From IMG/VR virus record IMGVR_UViG_3300003690_000002, positions 32,001-96,000 of that record: 64,000 nucleotides of DNA. The stretch is one strand, 5' to 3'. This document shows, one piece after another, positions 48,140-56,750 of the stretch. A program made the position numbers and the translations under genes. Positions within the stretch are counted from its first letter, which is position 1, and each line of letters opens with the position of its first letter. Source of the DNA: a virus. The notes under the pieces are model-generated. The model had not been told where the DNA came from. It ran no database searches and worked only from the letters and a program-made list of their open reading frames with translations.

Positions 48140-49843
48140 CTACATTTCAAGTACTTTTTCAATTTGATCACTGTCTACATATTCTCTAGCTTTTAAAAAT
48201 TGTTCTAATGGCATGGCGCCAAAACTAACAGGATTTCCATCTTTGTCATTTAAAACTTTTGTAGCATCATCAAGCTCTAAAACATAATTATGAAAAGAAT
48301 CATCACAAATAGGATCTCCGAAATTATCAAATGAAATTCCAAAATGTTTTTGCAGATTCGGTCGCACAACATTCCACATCGCTGTGCCAGGATAAGCAGT
48401 CGCTGTAAACATTTTCTGATTCACTGCCAGTGTTGCTAGTTCATATTCTGAGGTTCCTTGCGTTAACCCTTCGCGCCAAAAGTCGCGCTGCCATAAAATA
48501 AATGCAACGCTTGTCTTAAGATGTTGCAATTCTTCACCTGGATACCCCATAATCCAAGTACAGTTTGGATGTATATTAGTAGATTTACAGTTTTTAATTG
48601 CATTGACCATGGTAGTTGGAAATTGATAAGTATTTCCATTTATAACAGTGGGCGTTGAGCCATTTTTGAGAATAAAGCCGCCCTTGTTCATATTTTTCAG
48701 TGTATGTTCGCTAGCTGATTCTGCACCAAAACCAATATATACACATCCCGATGCTGACATATCAACCAATCTTTCATCAGCTTCATCCATGCGAGTGTGA
48801 GTACCCCATCTGATTTGATCAAGATCATAATTTTTAAAAACAGAAACCATACGTTTAATGCGTCTTTTATCAACTGCAAAGTTATCATCTGGAAAACCGA
48901 TAAAATCTAAATTATATTTATCAACATAATTTCTTATCTGTTTTGCTATGTGCTCACAAGAACGCATTCCATAATTTCTTTCTCCTTGCGCGCCACGATA
49001 GCAAAATGCACATGCATATGGGCATCCTCTGCTGCTTACTGTTGTTAAACTTCTTTTCATAGAAAAGGAAGTAGCAGAGCTATTATTTGCAGCCAAGCCC
49101 CAAACTGGTACTTTGATATAATCTTCTAAGACGTTATAACCATAAGGATCAGATTCTAATAAATCTAAAGCAGCATATGGTAAAGAATCTAGATTCATAG
49201 GTCTATTACCTTCATATATAAATCGATGTTTATCATTAAACTCGCCTCTATAAAATGGACTTAGTTTTGTAGATTTTATAGCCCGACTAATTCCCAATTC
49301 TTTAATAACTTTAGAATCATGCATTATTAATAAAATAATATCATCTCCCTCTGAACGCCCAACAGCATCAAGTTCAGGAATCCACTCGAAAAGACCGCCA
49401 CTAATTTCGGTTGCCAGTCCATTTCCGGATACTAAAAAAGTATCAGGTTGGTGTTTTCTTATTATTTTTGCGATTTTCTCTTGCCATCGGAGTGTTGTTA
49501 TTTTACCTGAAAATGCAATGACATCTTGATCCCCAACATTATTCAAGTGACGTATAATCATTTTCTCAGCTTCATCATAAGTTAAATGTCTACCATTAAT
49601 AAGATTTTGTTTCTTGGCTAAATCGTCATTAACACGATAAGCATTTAAATCAATTATGTAAGCTTCGGCTCCATATTGTCTAGCAATTGCAGCAAGAATA
49701 CCTGGTCCTTCTGGGGGCACGTTCGGCTTAGCTGATTCTCTCAATGGCATATTAATAAACGTTATTTTCAACCCCTTAAAAGCATCATAAGAAATATTCT
49801 TTATCAATTCATAAGGGTGTGGTGATTTAATTCTTATTTTCAT
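48140..49843 (-). CDS. B12-binding radical SAM protein (class B-like)
   Basis: CxxxCxxC motif in SRGCPYACAFC, FPDDNF, GFGAESAS, WIMGYPGE. N-terminal PPEGPGILAA...IIDLNA cobalamin-domain-like region. Confidence 0.85.
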   Translation of the reverse strand: MKIRIKSPHPYELIKNISYDAFKGLKITFINMPLRESAKPNVPPEGPGILAAIARQYGAEAYIIDLNAYRVNDDLAKKQNLINGRHLTYDEAEKMIIRHLNNVGDQDVIAFSGKITTLRWQEKIAKIIRKHQPDTFLVSGNGLATEISGGLFEWIPELDAVGRSEGDDIILLIMHDSKVIKELGISRAIKSTKLSPFYRGEFNDKHRFIYEGNRPMNLDSLPYAALDLLESDPYGYNVLEDYIKVPVWGLAANNSSATSFSMKRSLTTVSSRGCPYACAFCYRGAQGERNYGMRSCEHIAKQIRNYVDKYNLDFIGFPDDNFAVDKRRIKRMVSVFKNYDLDQIRWGTHTRMDEADERLVDMSASGCVYIGFGAESASEHTLKNMNKGGFILKNGSTPTVINGNTYQFPTTMVNAIKNCKSTNIHPNCTWIMGYPGEELQHLKTSVAFILWQRDFWREGLTQGTSEYELATLAVNQKMFTATAYPGTAMWNVVRPNLQKHFGISFDNFGDPICDDSFHNYVLELDDATKVLNDKDGNPVSFGAMPLEQFLKAREYVDSDQIEKVLEM

Positions 49844-49869
49844 TGTAAAAACCTAATGTAATTATAACT

Positions 49870-50514
49870 TTAAAATCTACAGACTTTAAGATTTTTTAAT
49901 CCGGGATCAAAAGAAGAGTAAGTAAAATAATGAAATAAAATTTCCGGAAATAAAGATGTTATTGTCTTATGAGAATTTTTTATCTTATTTGAAACTATCT
50001 CATCTTGAGGATCCGCCTCATTATGTCCTAAAAAATATTCTGTTTCGTAAAAATCAATTCCAATTACATATATTTCATCTGCTTTTAATTCTAGGGCGGC
50101 ATGCAATAAAGCCATATCAGAGGAATTTTCAACAATATTCATATATTTCTCTAGAGAATCTGAATGATAATTATACGGTATCTTATACAGGCTTTCGAAA
50201 TTGCGTCCTTTGTATCCAGTTCTCCACCAATTTGTATTTCCATCTGGTCGCAATCTGGCTATGTAGACTTCTTGGACATTAAAATTATTTACAAAATCAT
50301 GATCCAAGCCTGACTCACAAATATTAACTTGTTGAATTATTTTTTTATTTTTTAAAAAATTATGTATTTTTTGATTTTCTTTAACAAATAAATTAAATTC
50401 ATTTATTAATATTACATGATCAAAATCAATATCTAAATTTGAATGATCTATGCGCTCTAGTGAGTTACCCCTGCCGCATATTAATATCTTTATTTTTTCA
50501 GCTGTTTTTTCCAT
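49870..50514 (-). CDS. CstII/GT42- or Maf-like putative nonulosonyl (sialyl-type) transferase
   Basis: KILICGRGNSLERIDHSNLDIDFDHVILINEF versus recalled CstII KVIIAGNGPSLKEIDYSRLPNDFDVFRCNQF; SSDMALLHAALELKADEIYVIGIDFY versus TSGVYMCAVAIALGYKEIYLSGIDFY. First gene of the NeuB block in transcription order. Confidence 0.62.
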   Translation of the reverse strand: MEKTAEKIKILICGRGNSLERIDHSNLDIDFDHVILINEFNLFVKENQKIHNFLKNKKIIQQVNICESGLDHDFVNNFNVQEVYIARLRPDGNTNWWRTGYKGRNFESLYKIPYNYHSDSLEKYMNIVENSSDMALLHAALELKADEIYVIGIDFYETEYFLGHNEADPQDEIVSNKIKNSHKTITSLFPEILFHYFTYSSFDPGLKNLKVCRF

Positions 50515-51434
50515 AATTCAGTTGTTATATCCAAACCCCTATCTAATGAAATTGTAGGCTCCCAGTTTAAAACTCTCTTGGCTTTTTCCGAAGTTGAATT
50601 AAGATAATAGATTTCACCTGCGCGGGGTGGTTTCGTTCCCCAATTAACTTTCCCTTTCCAATTGAGTTTTTTTGCGACTAAATCTACTAAATCTTTTATT
50701 TGAATGGCATTATCCGGACCAGTACAGAAGAATTCTCCTTTTGCTAAATCAACATTTTTCAAAATTGTTGTATATAAATTAATCAAATCATCAATAAATA
50801 AAAAATTTCTATATGGTTGTCTGTATCCTAAATTAATTTCGTTTGGGTTTTTTAGCATTTGGACTATTATTTGCTCAACAACAAAAAAATCATTATCCCA
50901 TCTTCCATATGTATTCGTCTGTCTAAGTGCAGTAAATGGAAAATCATATGCTCTTTCAGCATAGCTTAAATAATATTCGCATCCAATTTTAGCTACTGCA
51001 TATGGGGCATTGGGGTATTGTTTTGTTTCTTCATTAAACGCTTTCCATTCTGATTTTGGCACTGCGCCATATGTCTCCATGGTCGACGAAAAAACAAATA
51101 ATTCTAAATTTGTTAAATCTTTTGATTTTTCTATTAAATTAACAGTTCCATCATAATTTACAGTTTGAAAATGAATTGGATCATAAAAACTTTTTTCTAC
51201 TTCCGTTCTTGCTGCTAGATGAATAATAAAATGTGGGTTTGCTTCTCTTAGGTGCGCACCAACTTGCTCAAAATCTGTTAAAGAGCCAACCCACGGTGTA
51301 TATTCGAATCCTAAATTTCTATCGGGATCTTTTTCTACCAAGCCGTGTATTTCATAGCTGCCATCTCGAATTAATTCTTTGGCTAAATATTTTCCTATAA
51401 ACCCGCTTATTCCTGTTATAAACACTTTTTTCAT
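50490..51434 (-). CDS. NDP-sugar 4,6-dehydratase/epimerase (RmlB/Gmd-like)
   Basis: FITGISGFIG, HLAARTEVEKSF..P, FSSTMETYG, PYAVAK. Confidence 0.85.
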   Translation of the reverse strand: MKKVFITGISGFIGKYLAKELIRDGSYEIHGLVEKDPDRNLGFEYTPWVGSLTDFEQVGAHLREANPHFIIHLAARTEVEKSFYDPIHFQTVNYDGTVNLIEKSKDLTNLELFVFSSTMETYGAVPKSEWKAFNEETKQYPNAPYAVAKIGCEYYLSYAERAYDFPFTALRQTNTYGRWDNDFFVVEQIIVQMLKNPNEINLGYRQPYRNFLFIDDLINLYTTILKNVDLAKGEFFCTGPDNAIQIKDLVDLVAKKLNWKGKVNWGTKPPRAGEIYYLNSTSEKAKRVLNWEPTISLDRGLDITTELWKKQLKK

Positions 51435-52174
51435 TTATTTTCTCCTTTTAACTTGCAGTGCTGCAACTTTGATATGTTATAAAAATGATGCCAGACTTTG
51501 TATATTTCATTATCTCCCATGCGCCATCTGCAACTGTGATCTGGATCTGTTAACCAGGGTTTTTGACCATTATAATGATAAATTTTAACTCCGGGGGATA
51601 AAACAAATCTTTTTTGATGTACATTGTATTGTAATGGGATCTCATTAAATAAGTTATGTTTCTTCGTATACCAATTTAGAAAACTTTGATCACTATAGCT
51701 ATTATCATAATCTTTGTGATTTATATTATCTAACATATCATCAAATAACTCTTTATCTGGCTTAAGTACTAAAACCCCTCCACTTAATCCACCATAAGAA
51801 GGGTCTTTAATGGCAGAAATGGGTGGAAAATCAAAAAGCTCATCAATTGGCTCAATCGCGATACAGTCAGCGTCTAGATAAACTAATTTATCAAACTGAG
51901 TTTGATTCCAAATATTCAATTTTGTGAACATCATCCAACTATTATCTTTATATCTATCGATTATTCCATCTACTCTATTAGGAATAATCTTATCAACTAC
52001 GATTAGTTCTAATCCGCTATCTAACAATTGTTTTCGTCCATCTTCTGTCACTTCTTCTGTAACCATACAATATGTTGGAAATTTAACCTTAACATATTCT
52101 AAAGATTTTTTTAACGCAACTGCACCAGGTATAAAATTATCACTACATAAATATGTTATATACGCATAGTTCAT
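51431..52174 (-). CDS. GT8 glycosyltransferase, glycogenin/galactinol-synthase-like
   Basis: YAYITYLCSDNFIPGAVAL..SL, FTKLNIW..TQFDKLVYLDAD (DxD), SGGVLVLKPD, SDQSFLN, HYNGQKPW. Confidence 0.85.
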   Translation of the reverse strand: MNYAYITYLCSDNFIPGAVALKKSLEYVKVKFPTYCMVTEEVTEDGRKQLLDSGLELIVVDKIIPNRVDGIIDRYKDNSWMMFTKLNIWNQTQFDKLVYLDADCIAIEPIDELFDFPPISAIKDPSYGGLSGGVLVLKPDKELFDDMLDNINHKDYDNSYSDQSFLNWYTKKHNLFNEIPLQYNVHQKRFVLSPGVKIYHYNGQKPWLTDPDHSCRWRMGDNEIYKVWHHFYNISKLQHCKLKGENK

Positions 52175-52184
52175 TAATAAAACC

Positions 52185-53084
52185 TCATATCTGATTGTCT
52201 GATTCTTTTACTGAGGGAGCAAAAGGTGGAAGATTTGGTAATTTTGGCTCATATAACCCCTTGTTCCTTAAATCAAAATCATATAGTGGATTGTCAAAAT
52301 GTGTATAGGCAAATAAGCCAAGTGATTCTAAATCGCCCCAACGATGCTTATAAAGACCACCATATTCGTTTATTTTGCTCATCCACTCTGCCCAGCCATG
52401 CTCTAGGAATGTTTTTACATTATAAATATTAAAATTACCACAAGACCAGCGTAAACTGTGCATCTTCATTTCATCATTGTCCTGAATGGCGGCGTTTAGT
52501 TGCTCATCTTTCGGTTTATAGCTATTTTCTGCTAGGTATTCTTTAAAAAATGACCAAAGATTCTCCCTAGTTTCAAGATGATTTTGTCCAACGTGAGACC
52601 ATGTAAATCCAGTGGCAAGTGGGTATTCTTTCATAACGTCAAAAAAATCATAATTAATTTTTGTTTTAAACCAAGAATCATCATCAATTCTCATTATATA
52701 CTCATATTCTTCCAGTTCTTTACCCACACAACCTTTTTCTCCAAATTTATGAAAATTAGATGAAAAATGTTCCATATGTAAGTATCCCAATCGAGAGGAG
52801 GGAAATGAAGAACGGACATAATTTAGGTAACTTCTATTATAAAAAAGCTCACTCTCGGGAATATGAGAAGGAACACCATAATCTATTTGCCTAAAGTTTA
52901 TATCAACACTAACATTCTCTTTGACGTCATCAATATACTCTTGGCTATAAATATCATCAAAATAATAAATATAAACAGGATATTGAAACTCATTATTCCA
53001 ATTTTCATAAAATAACTCTAGTGCTGTTTTTAGCGAATCTGTTCTAGAAGATAATATATATACACAAGCGTTATGCTTTCCCAT
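52185..53084 (-). CDS. GT15 (Kre2/Mnt1-like) glycosyltransferase, putative alpha-1,2-mannosyltransferase
   Basis: GYLHMEHF, EYEYIMRIDDDS, INYDFFDVM, NFNIY, GGLYKHRWGD match the Kre2-family pattern (SYRHMCRF...YDxYWRVEPD...GGFFYERWGD). No N-terminal TM segment. Confidence 0.78.
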   Translation of the reverse strand: MGKHNACVYILSSRTDSLKTALELFYENWNNEFQYPVYIYYFDDIYSQEYIDDVKENVSVDINFRQIDYGVPSHIPESELFYNRSYLNYVRSSFPSSRLGYLHMEHFSSNFHKFGEKGCVGKELEEYEYIMRIDDDSWFKTKINYDFFDVMKEYPLATGFTWSHVGQNHLETRENLWSFFKEYLAENSYKPKDEQLNAAIQDNDEMKMHSLRWSCGNFNIYNVKTFLEHGWAEWMSKINEYGGLYKHRWGDLESLGLFAYTHFDNPLYDFDLRNKGLYEPKLPNLPPFAPSVKESDNQI

Positions 53085-54000
53085 GATAACCCTCCAAGGC
53101 TTTATTTAAAATGTTTGTAATTTTTTGTCCCCTGTGCGCCCAGGTATGATTGCCCAATACGTGTTCATGTGCGCGTTTAATAATTTTTTCTCTTTCTATA
53201 TCATGTGATAAATAATATGTAATTTTTTCTTCAAACTCTTCTAGCGAATCAAACATCACGCAATGAGTATCCTCTTCGAATAAATCATTATATTCTTCCT
53301 TCATCCTATTGCAAATTAATAACGTTGTTCCAGATGCCATTACTTCATAATAGCGAGGACCAATAATATTGGCGGGTCCAGAAGTACTTAGCCATATTTT
53401 CGTTGAATTAATCCTTTTTGCATATGAAGTTAAATTATCATGTTGGTGTGATGTAAAAAAAGTTCTTATGTTTTTCCAACTTTTTATACTTTCTCGTATT
53501 TTTTCTCGCCAATTACTAATTTGCTCCGGTCGCACAACACCAGAAAAACCAAAATCATATTCATTTTTTTGTCCATAGTCTTTAAAAATTGTCTCATTCA
53601 CTGCAAAGGGTATTTTATGAAAAGGAATAAAGGTATATTCTTCATATATTTCGCAATTGTGATGAACAGAAAATGCTGCAACAGGGTTTAAGTTTTTAAT
53701 CCAATCTAACTTTTTAACTAACCCTGTATATTCTTTATTTAAAATAATTGCTATAGGAATATTGCACTCTTTTATGCCTTTTATTTCTTTAGGGTAATTA
53801 TCGCCACAGTCTGTCCAGCCAAAACCAAAACAAATTAAATCTGGCTTTTCTGGGCAATTTGACAAAATATCGCTAATAGTGGAACTGTTAGCCCAGTTTG
53901 CAAATTGATATATTTTATTATATTTCATAAGGGCGCGCATCATCTCATTATAATATGAAAAAGAATTACCGTGGTGCTTTTCAATATATAAAATTTTCAC
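53071..54000 (-). CDS. GT-B glycosyltransferase (CgeB / Glyco_trans_1_2-like)
   Basis: IPFAVNETIF, YDFGFSG, PRYYEVMASGTTLLI, EKITYYLSH..ERE.I...A...VL.NHTW.HR. Confidence 0.75.
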   Translation of the reverse strand: MKILYIEKHHGNSFSYYNEMMRALMKYNKIYQFANWANSSTISDILSNCPEKPDLICFGFGWTDCGDNYPKEIKGIKECNIPIAIILNKEYTGLVKKLDWIKNLNPVAAFSVHHNCEIYEEYTFIPFHKIPFAVNETIFKDYGQKNEYDFGFSGVVRPEQISNWREKIRESIKSWKNIRTFFTSHQHDNLTSYAKRINSTKIWLSTSGPANIIGPRYYEVMASGTTLLICNRMKEEYNDLFEEDTHCVMFDSLEEFEEKITYYLSHDIEREKIIKRAHEHVLGNHTWAHRGQKITNILNKALEGYHGKA

Positions 54001-54665
54001 GCAAACCTTCCCTGCATAATTAACTGATGGGTGGGATTATTACTTGCTGTTTTTCCGGGAGAATAGACCATGTATTGACTAGCGGCTTTTGTAATTTTAT
54101 TCAAATCATAAAAGCATCCAAATCTCTTATCGTAATCATCAAATACCCATATGGGTATTCTACTAGTTGTTTGTAGTTTTTTTAAATTTAAAACATCATT
54201 AATTACAGCGCCTTCTTCATGGGACCCATCTATATAAAAAAGGTCAACTTCTACTCCCAAATCTTCAAGGTGGTCCGCTAAAGCTTTGCTGTCTCCTTGT
54301 ATAAAGGTGGCTTCCTCTTGATATTCTTTTGCATATTTTTTATGATGCACATCTCTTAAATCACAACTCCAAACTTTAGCATCATTTTCTCTGCAATATT
54401 CAGCAAAACTATAAAATTGCCAGCCTTCTGCCGTACCCACCTCAACAATGTTTTTAGCTCCGAACTTCTTCGCAATCAAAGTTAAATAATATGCCCTTTT
54501 AGATATTTTATCAAAAATTGCATCTCTTTCTTGTAGGTTCAAATGGTGAAAAGTAGCTTTATTTATTTGAATAGGTAAATTTATATCATCCCATAATTTT
54601 TGATATCGAGATGGTAAAGTGATATCGTCAAATCTATCATATAATATTTCAATTAAATCAGGCAT
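53997..54665 (-). CDS. class I SAM-dependent methyltransferase (Methyltransf_24-like)
   Basis: IVEVGTAEG, WSCD, FIQGDS, DLFYIDGSHE. Confidence 0.8.
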   Translation of the reverse strand: MPDLIEILYDRFDDITLPSRYQKLWDDINLPIQINKATFHHLNLQERDAIFDKISKRAYYLTLIAKKFGAKNIVEVGTAEGWQFYSFAEYCRENDAKVWSCDLRDVHHKKYAKEYQEEATFIQGDSKALADHLEDLGVEVDLFYIDGSHEEGAVINDVLNLKKLQTTSRIPIWVFDDYDKRFGCFYDLNKITKAASQYMVYSPGKTASNNPTHQLIMQGRFA

Positions 54666-55371
54666 TATAACTCCAAGTGTGTTTCTTAATTACAACAGAC
54701 ATTTTTTTTGCTTGTCTGTCTTTATCTTCTCTAGTTAATCCATTATCTCCTTCAAATTCTTTATGGTGAAAAATCATAGCTCTGGGATTAAATTGATATC
54801 CGTATCCTAAATAAGACAATCTCGTAAAAAATTCTTGTCCGCAGCCGCCATACCCCTCAAATCTTTCAGAAAACATACCACAACCAATCCAATCTTTCCG
54901 TAACATGCAACAATTATTCTCGACCAATATTTCACCAATTTGTTTTGGAGAACAGTCGCCATACTTAGTCAACAAATGAGACATTTTAAAATGCATGGGA
55001 TCTTGTGAATCGTGAGAATTTCTGTATCCTCCAGTTAATATTCTATTTTTAACGGACTTTTTATGTTCTTCTACAAACTGAGGGGTTGGAAAACTATCAT
55101 CATCTAAAATAACAACAGCTTTTCCAGATGTTTCTAATATTCCCATGTTTCTTGCTTTCGCAAGACAATACTTATCTGTCTCTTTTGTGTCTATCCACTT
55201 AATGGAGAAATCAGACTTATAACTTTCCAACATTTTAATAGTATTATCTGTTGAGCCATCTATAGCAACAATTACTTCAAAATTTTTGGCTGCTTGCTCT
55301 TTAAATTTATCTAAATTCTGTCTAAGTACGTCGGAGCGATTATATGTAACAATAACTACAGATAATAACAT
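54658..55371 (-). CDS. GT2 glycosyltransferase
   Basis: LSVVIVTYNR, IVAIDGSTD, LAKARNMG, VILDDD, FEGYGG. Start re-called at ATG 55371. Confidence 0.88.
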   Translation of the reverse strand: MLLSVVIVTYNRSDVLRQNLDKFKEQAAKNFEVIVAIDGSTDNTIKMLESYKSDFSIKWIDTKETDKYCLAKARNMGILETSGKAVVILDDDSFPTPQFVEEHKKSVKNRILTGGYRNSHDSQDPMHFKMSHLLTKYGDCSPKQIGEILVENNCCMLRKDWIGCGMFSERFEGYGGCGQEFFTRLSYLGYGYQFNPRAMIFHHKEFEGDNGLTREDKDRQAKKMSVVIKKHTWSYNA

Positions 55372-55372
55372 C

Positions 55373-56059
55373 TTACCACCTTTGTAATTCATAATTGTGT
55401 GGCAACCATTGAAACCAATAGTTGTTTCGTATATCTACATTCGGATATTTAAGAAGATACGATTTTGTAGACAACTTCCACTTGCAATAATAAAAACTCA
55501 ATTGGTCGCGGCGACTAAAGTTTCTAATTTCATCCCACCACATATTTGATAAATTTATTATATCATCAGAATTATGCTTTCTTAATAAAATTGAATTGGC
55601 ACAAAGTCCATTATTTTTTGGATACTCTTCCTTTTTATATTTCTCCATCTGTTTTCGGACTATTTCAGGATTGTCCTTATTATCTAACACAACCATCTTA
55701 GCTTCATCATATATGCACTGCCGACCCTGGTCATGTTCAAATAGAAGCATATTTGCGTTTTTTAAAAAATCTACTTTTTTAAGAAACGAATTAATATCCT
55801 TTTTAATTAAAAAATTTGCATCAATCCATAGACTAATGTCATATTCTTTCAAAAACTCATGAGGCTTTACTTTAAATATCTTAGCGCCCCTAACAGGATC
55901 TTTATGAGCCGATGCTCTATAAACAACTTGCCATATATCTGATTTTACCTCTTTATTATCTGTAAAGCATATATAATCAAAATCATTATTTATAAAAAGA
56001 GGATTTTTTAATGTATCTTTTTTCCCATATATCGCAGTATAAACAACTTTTTTATTCAT
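55373..56059 (-). CDS. DUF616 (TOD1/MUCI70-like) putative glycosyltransferase
   Basis: VVYTAIYGKKDTL, DYICFTD, KVKPHEFL..YDISLWIDAN, RQCIYDEA, RRDQLSF. Start re-called at ATG 56059. Confidence 0.8.
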   Translation of the reverse strand: MNKKVVYTAIYGKKDTLKNPLFINNDFDYICFTDNKEVKSDIWQVVYRASAHKDPVRGAKIFKVKPHEFLKEYDISLWIDANFLIKKDINSFLKKVDFLKNANMLLFEHDQGRQCIYDEAKMVVLDNKDNPEIVRKQMEKYKKEEYPKNNGLCANSILLRKHNSDDIINLSNMWWDEIRNFSRRDQLSFYYCKWKLSTKSYLLKYPNVDIRNNYWFQWLPHNYELQRW

Positions 56060-56750
56060 ATACACCTCTTTTATTTATAAAAAAAGACGTATCTTTGGGT
56101 ATTTTAAAGCCCATCTCGCTTCTTTTCAGTTTGCCAATATTTATTTTTCTTCTTCTAGCTAGTTCAAATATTGTTTTTCTTTCTGTCCCGACATGAACAA
56201 CTCCTTTCATTTCCGACAGGGTATGATTTAAAATTATTGGTGCAATAATATCAACATAATCTCTGCTTGTATATTGATCAACAAATGCTTTTTCATATGG
56301 AAAAATATGCTCACAAAAACTGGTTCTAATGATTAATGAATTATTGTAAGTCTTTGTTGCCAACTCTCCCGCAGCCTTCGTCATAGAATATATATTAATT
56401 GGATTAATAGAATCTGTTGTTTTATATCTACCCTCTGTTCCATCAAATACATAATCAGTCGAAATATATACAAACCTAGTTGAGTGTTCCTGGCACAGAT
56501 CTATAAGATTTACTGTACCGAGAATATTTGTTTGTCTTGCCAAGTCTGGTCTATTATCGCATCTAGGGGGAGATGTGAAGGCAGCAGCATGTAAAACTAT
56601 ATCTGGCGTGTATTTTAAAAGATGCTTTTCACATATTTTCTTATTTGTAATATCCATTTCTTTATGAGACGGGGCTAAGATATTATCATATAAGTGTTGT
56701 ATCTCCTGCCCTAACAAACCACTACCCCCAGTTAATAATATTTTTTTCAT
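56052..56750 (-). CDS. rmlD: dTDP-4-dehydrorhamnose reductase (RmlD-like)
   Basis: LLTGGSGLLG, HAAAFT, YISTDYVFDG, NPINIYSMTKAAGE. Confidence 0.85.
   Translation of the reverse strand: MKKILLTGGSGLLGQEIQHLYDNILAPSHKEMDITNKKICEKHLLKYTPDIVLHAAAFTSPPRCDNRPDLARQTNILGTVNLIDLCQEHSTRFVYISTDYVFDGTEGRYKTTDSINPINIYSMTKAAGELATKTYNNSLIIRTSFCEHIFPYEKAFVDQYTSRDYVDIIAPIILNHTLSEMKGVVHVGTERKTIFELARRRKINIGKLKRSEMGFKIPKDTSFFINKRGVYE

Noticed and set aside
51431-56059. Giant eukaryotic virus (NCLDV) origin suggested by GT8/GT15/DUF616
   Set aside because: gp25/gp6 baseplate genes, a sigma-like factor, SD motifs and ATGA-type overlaps indicate a prokaryotic tailed phage.
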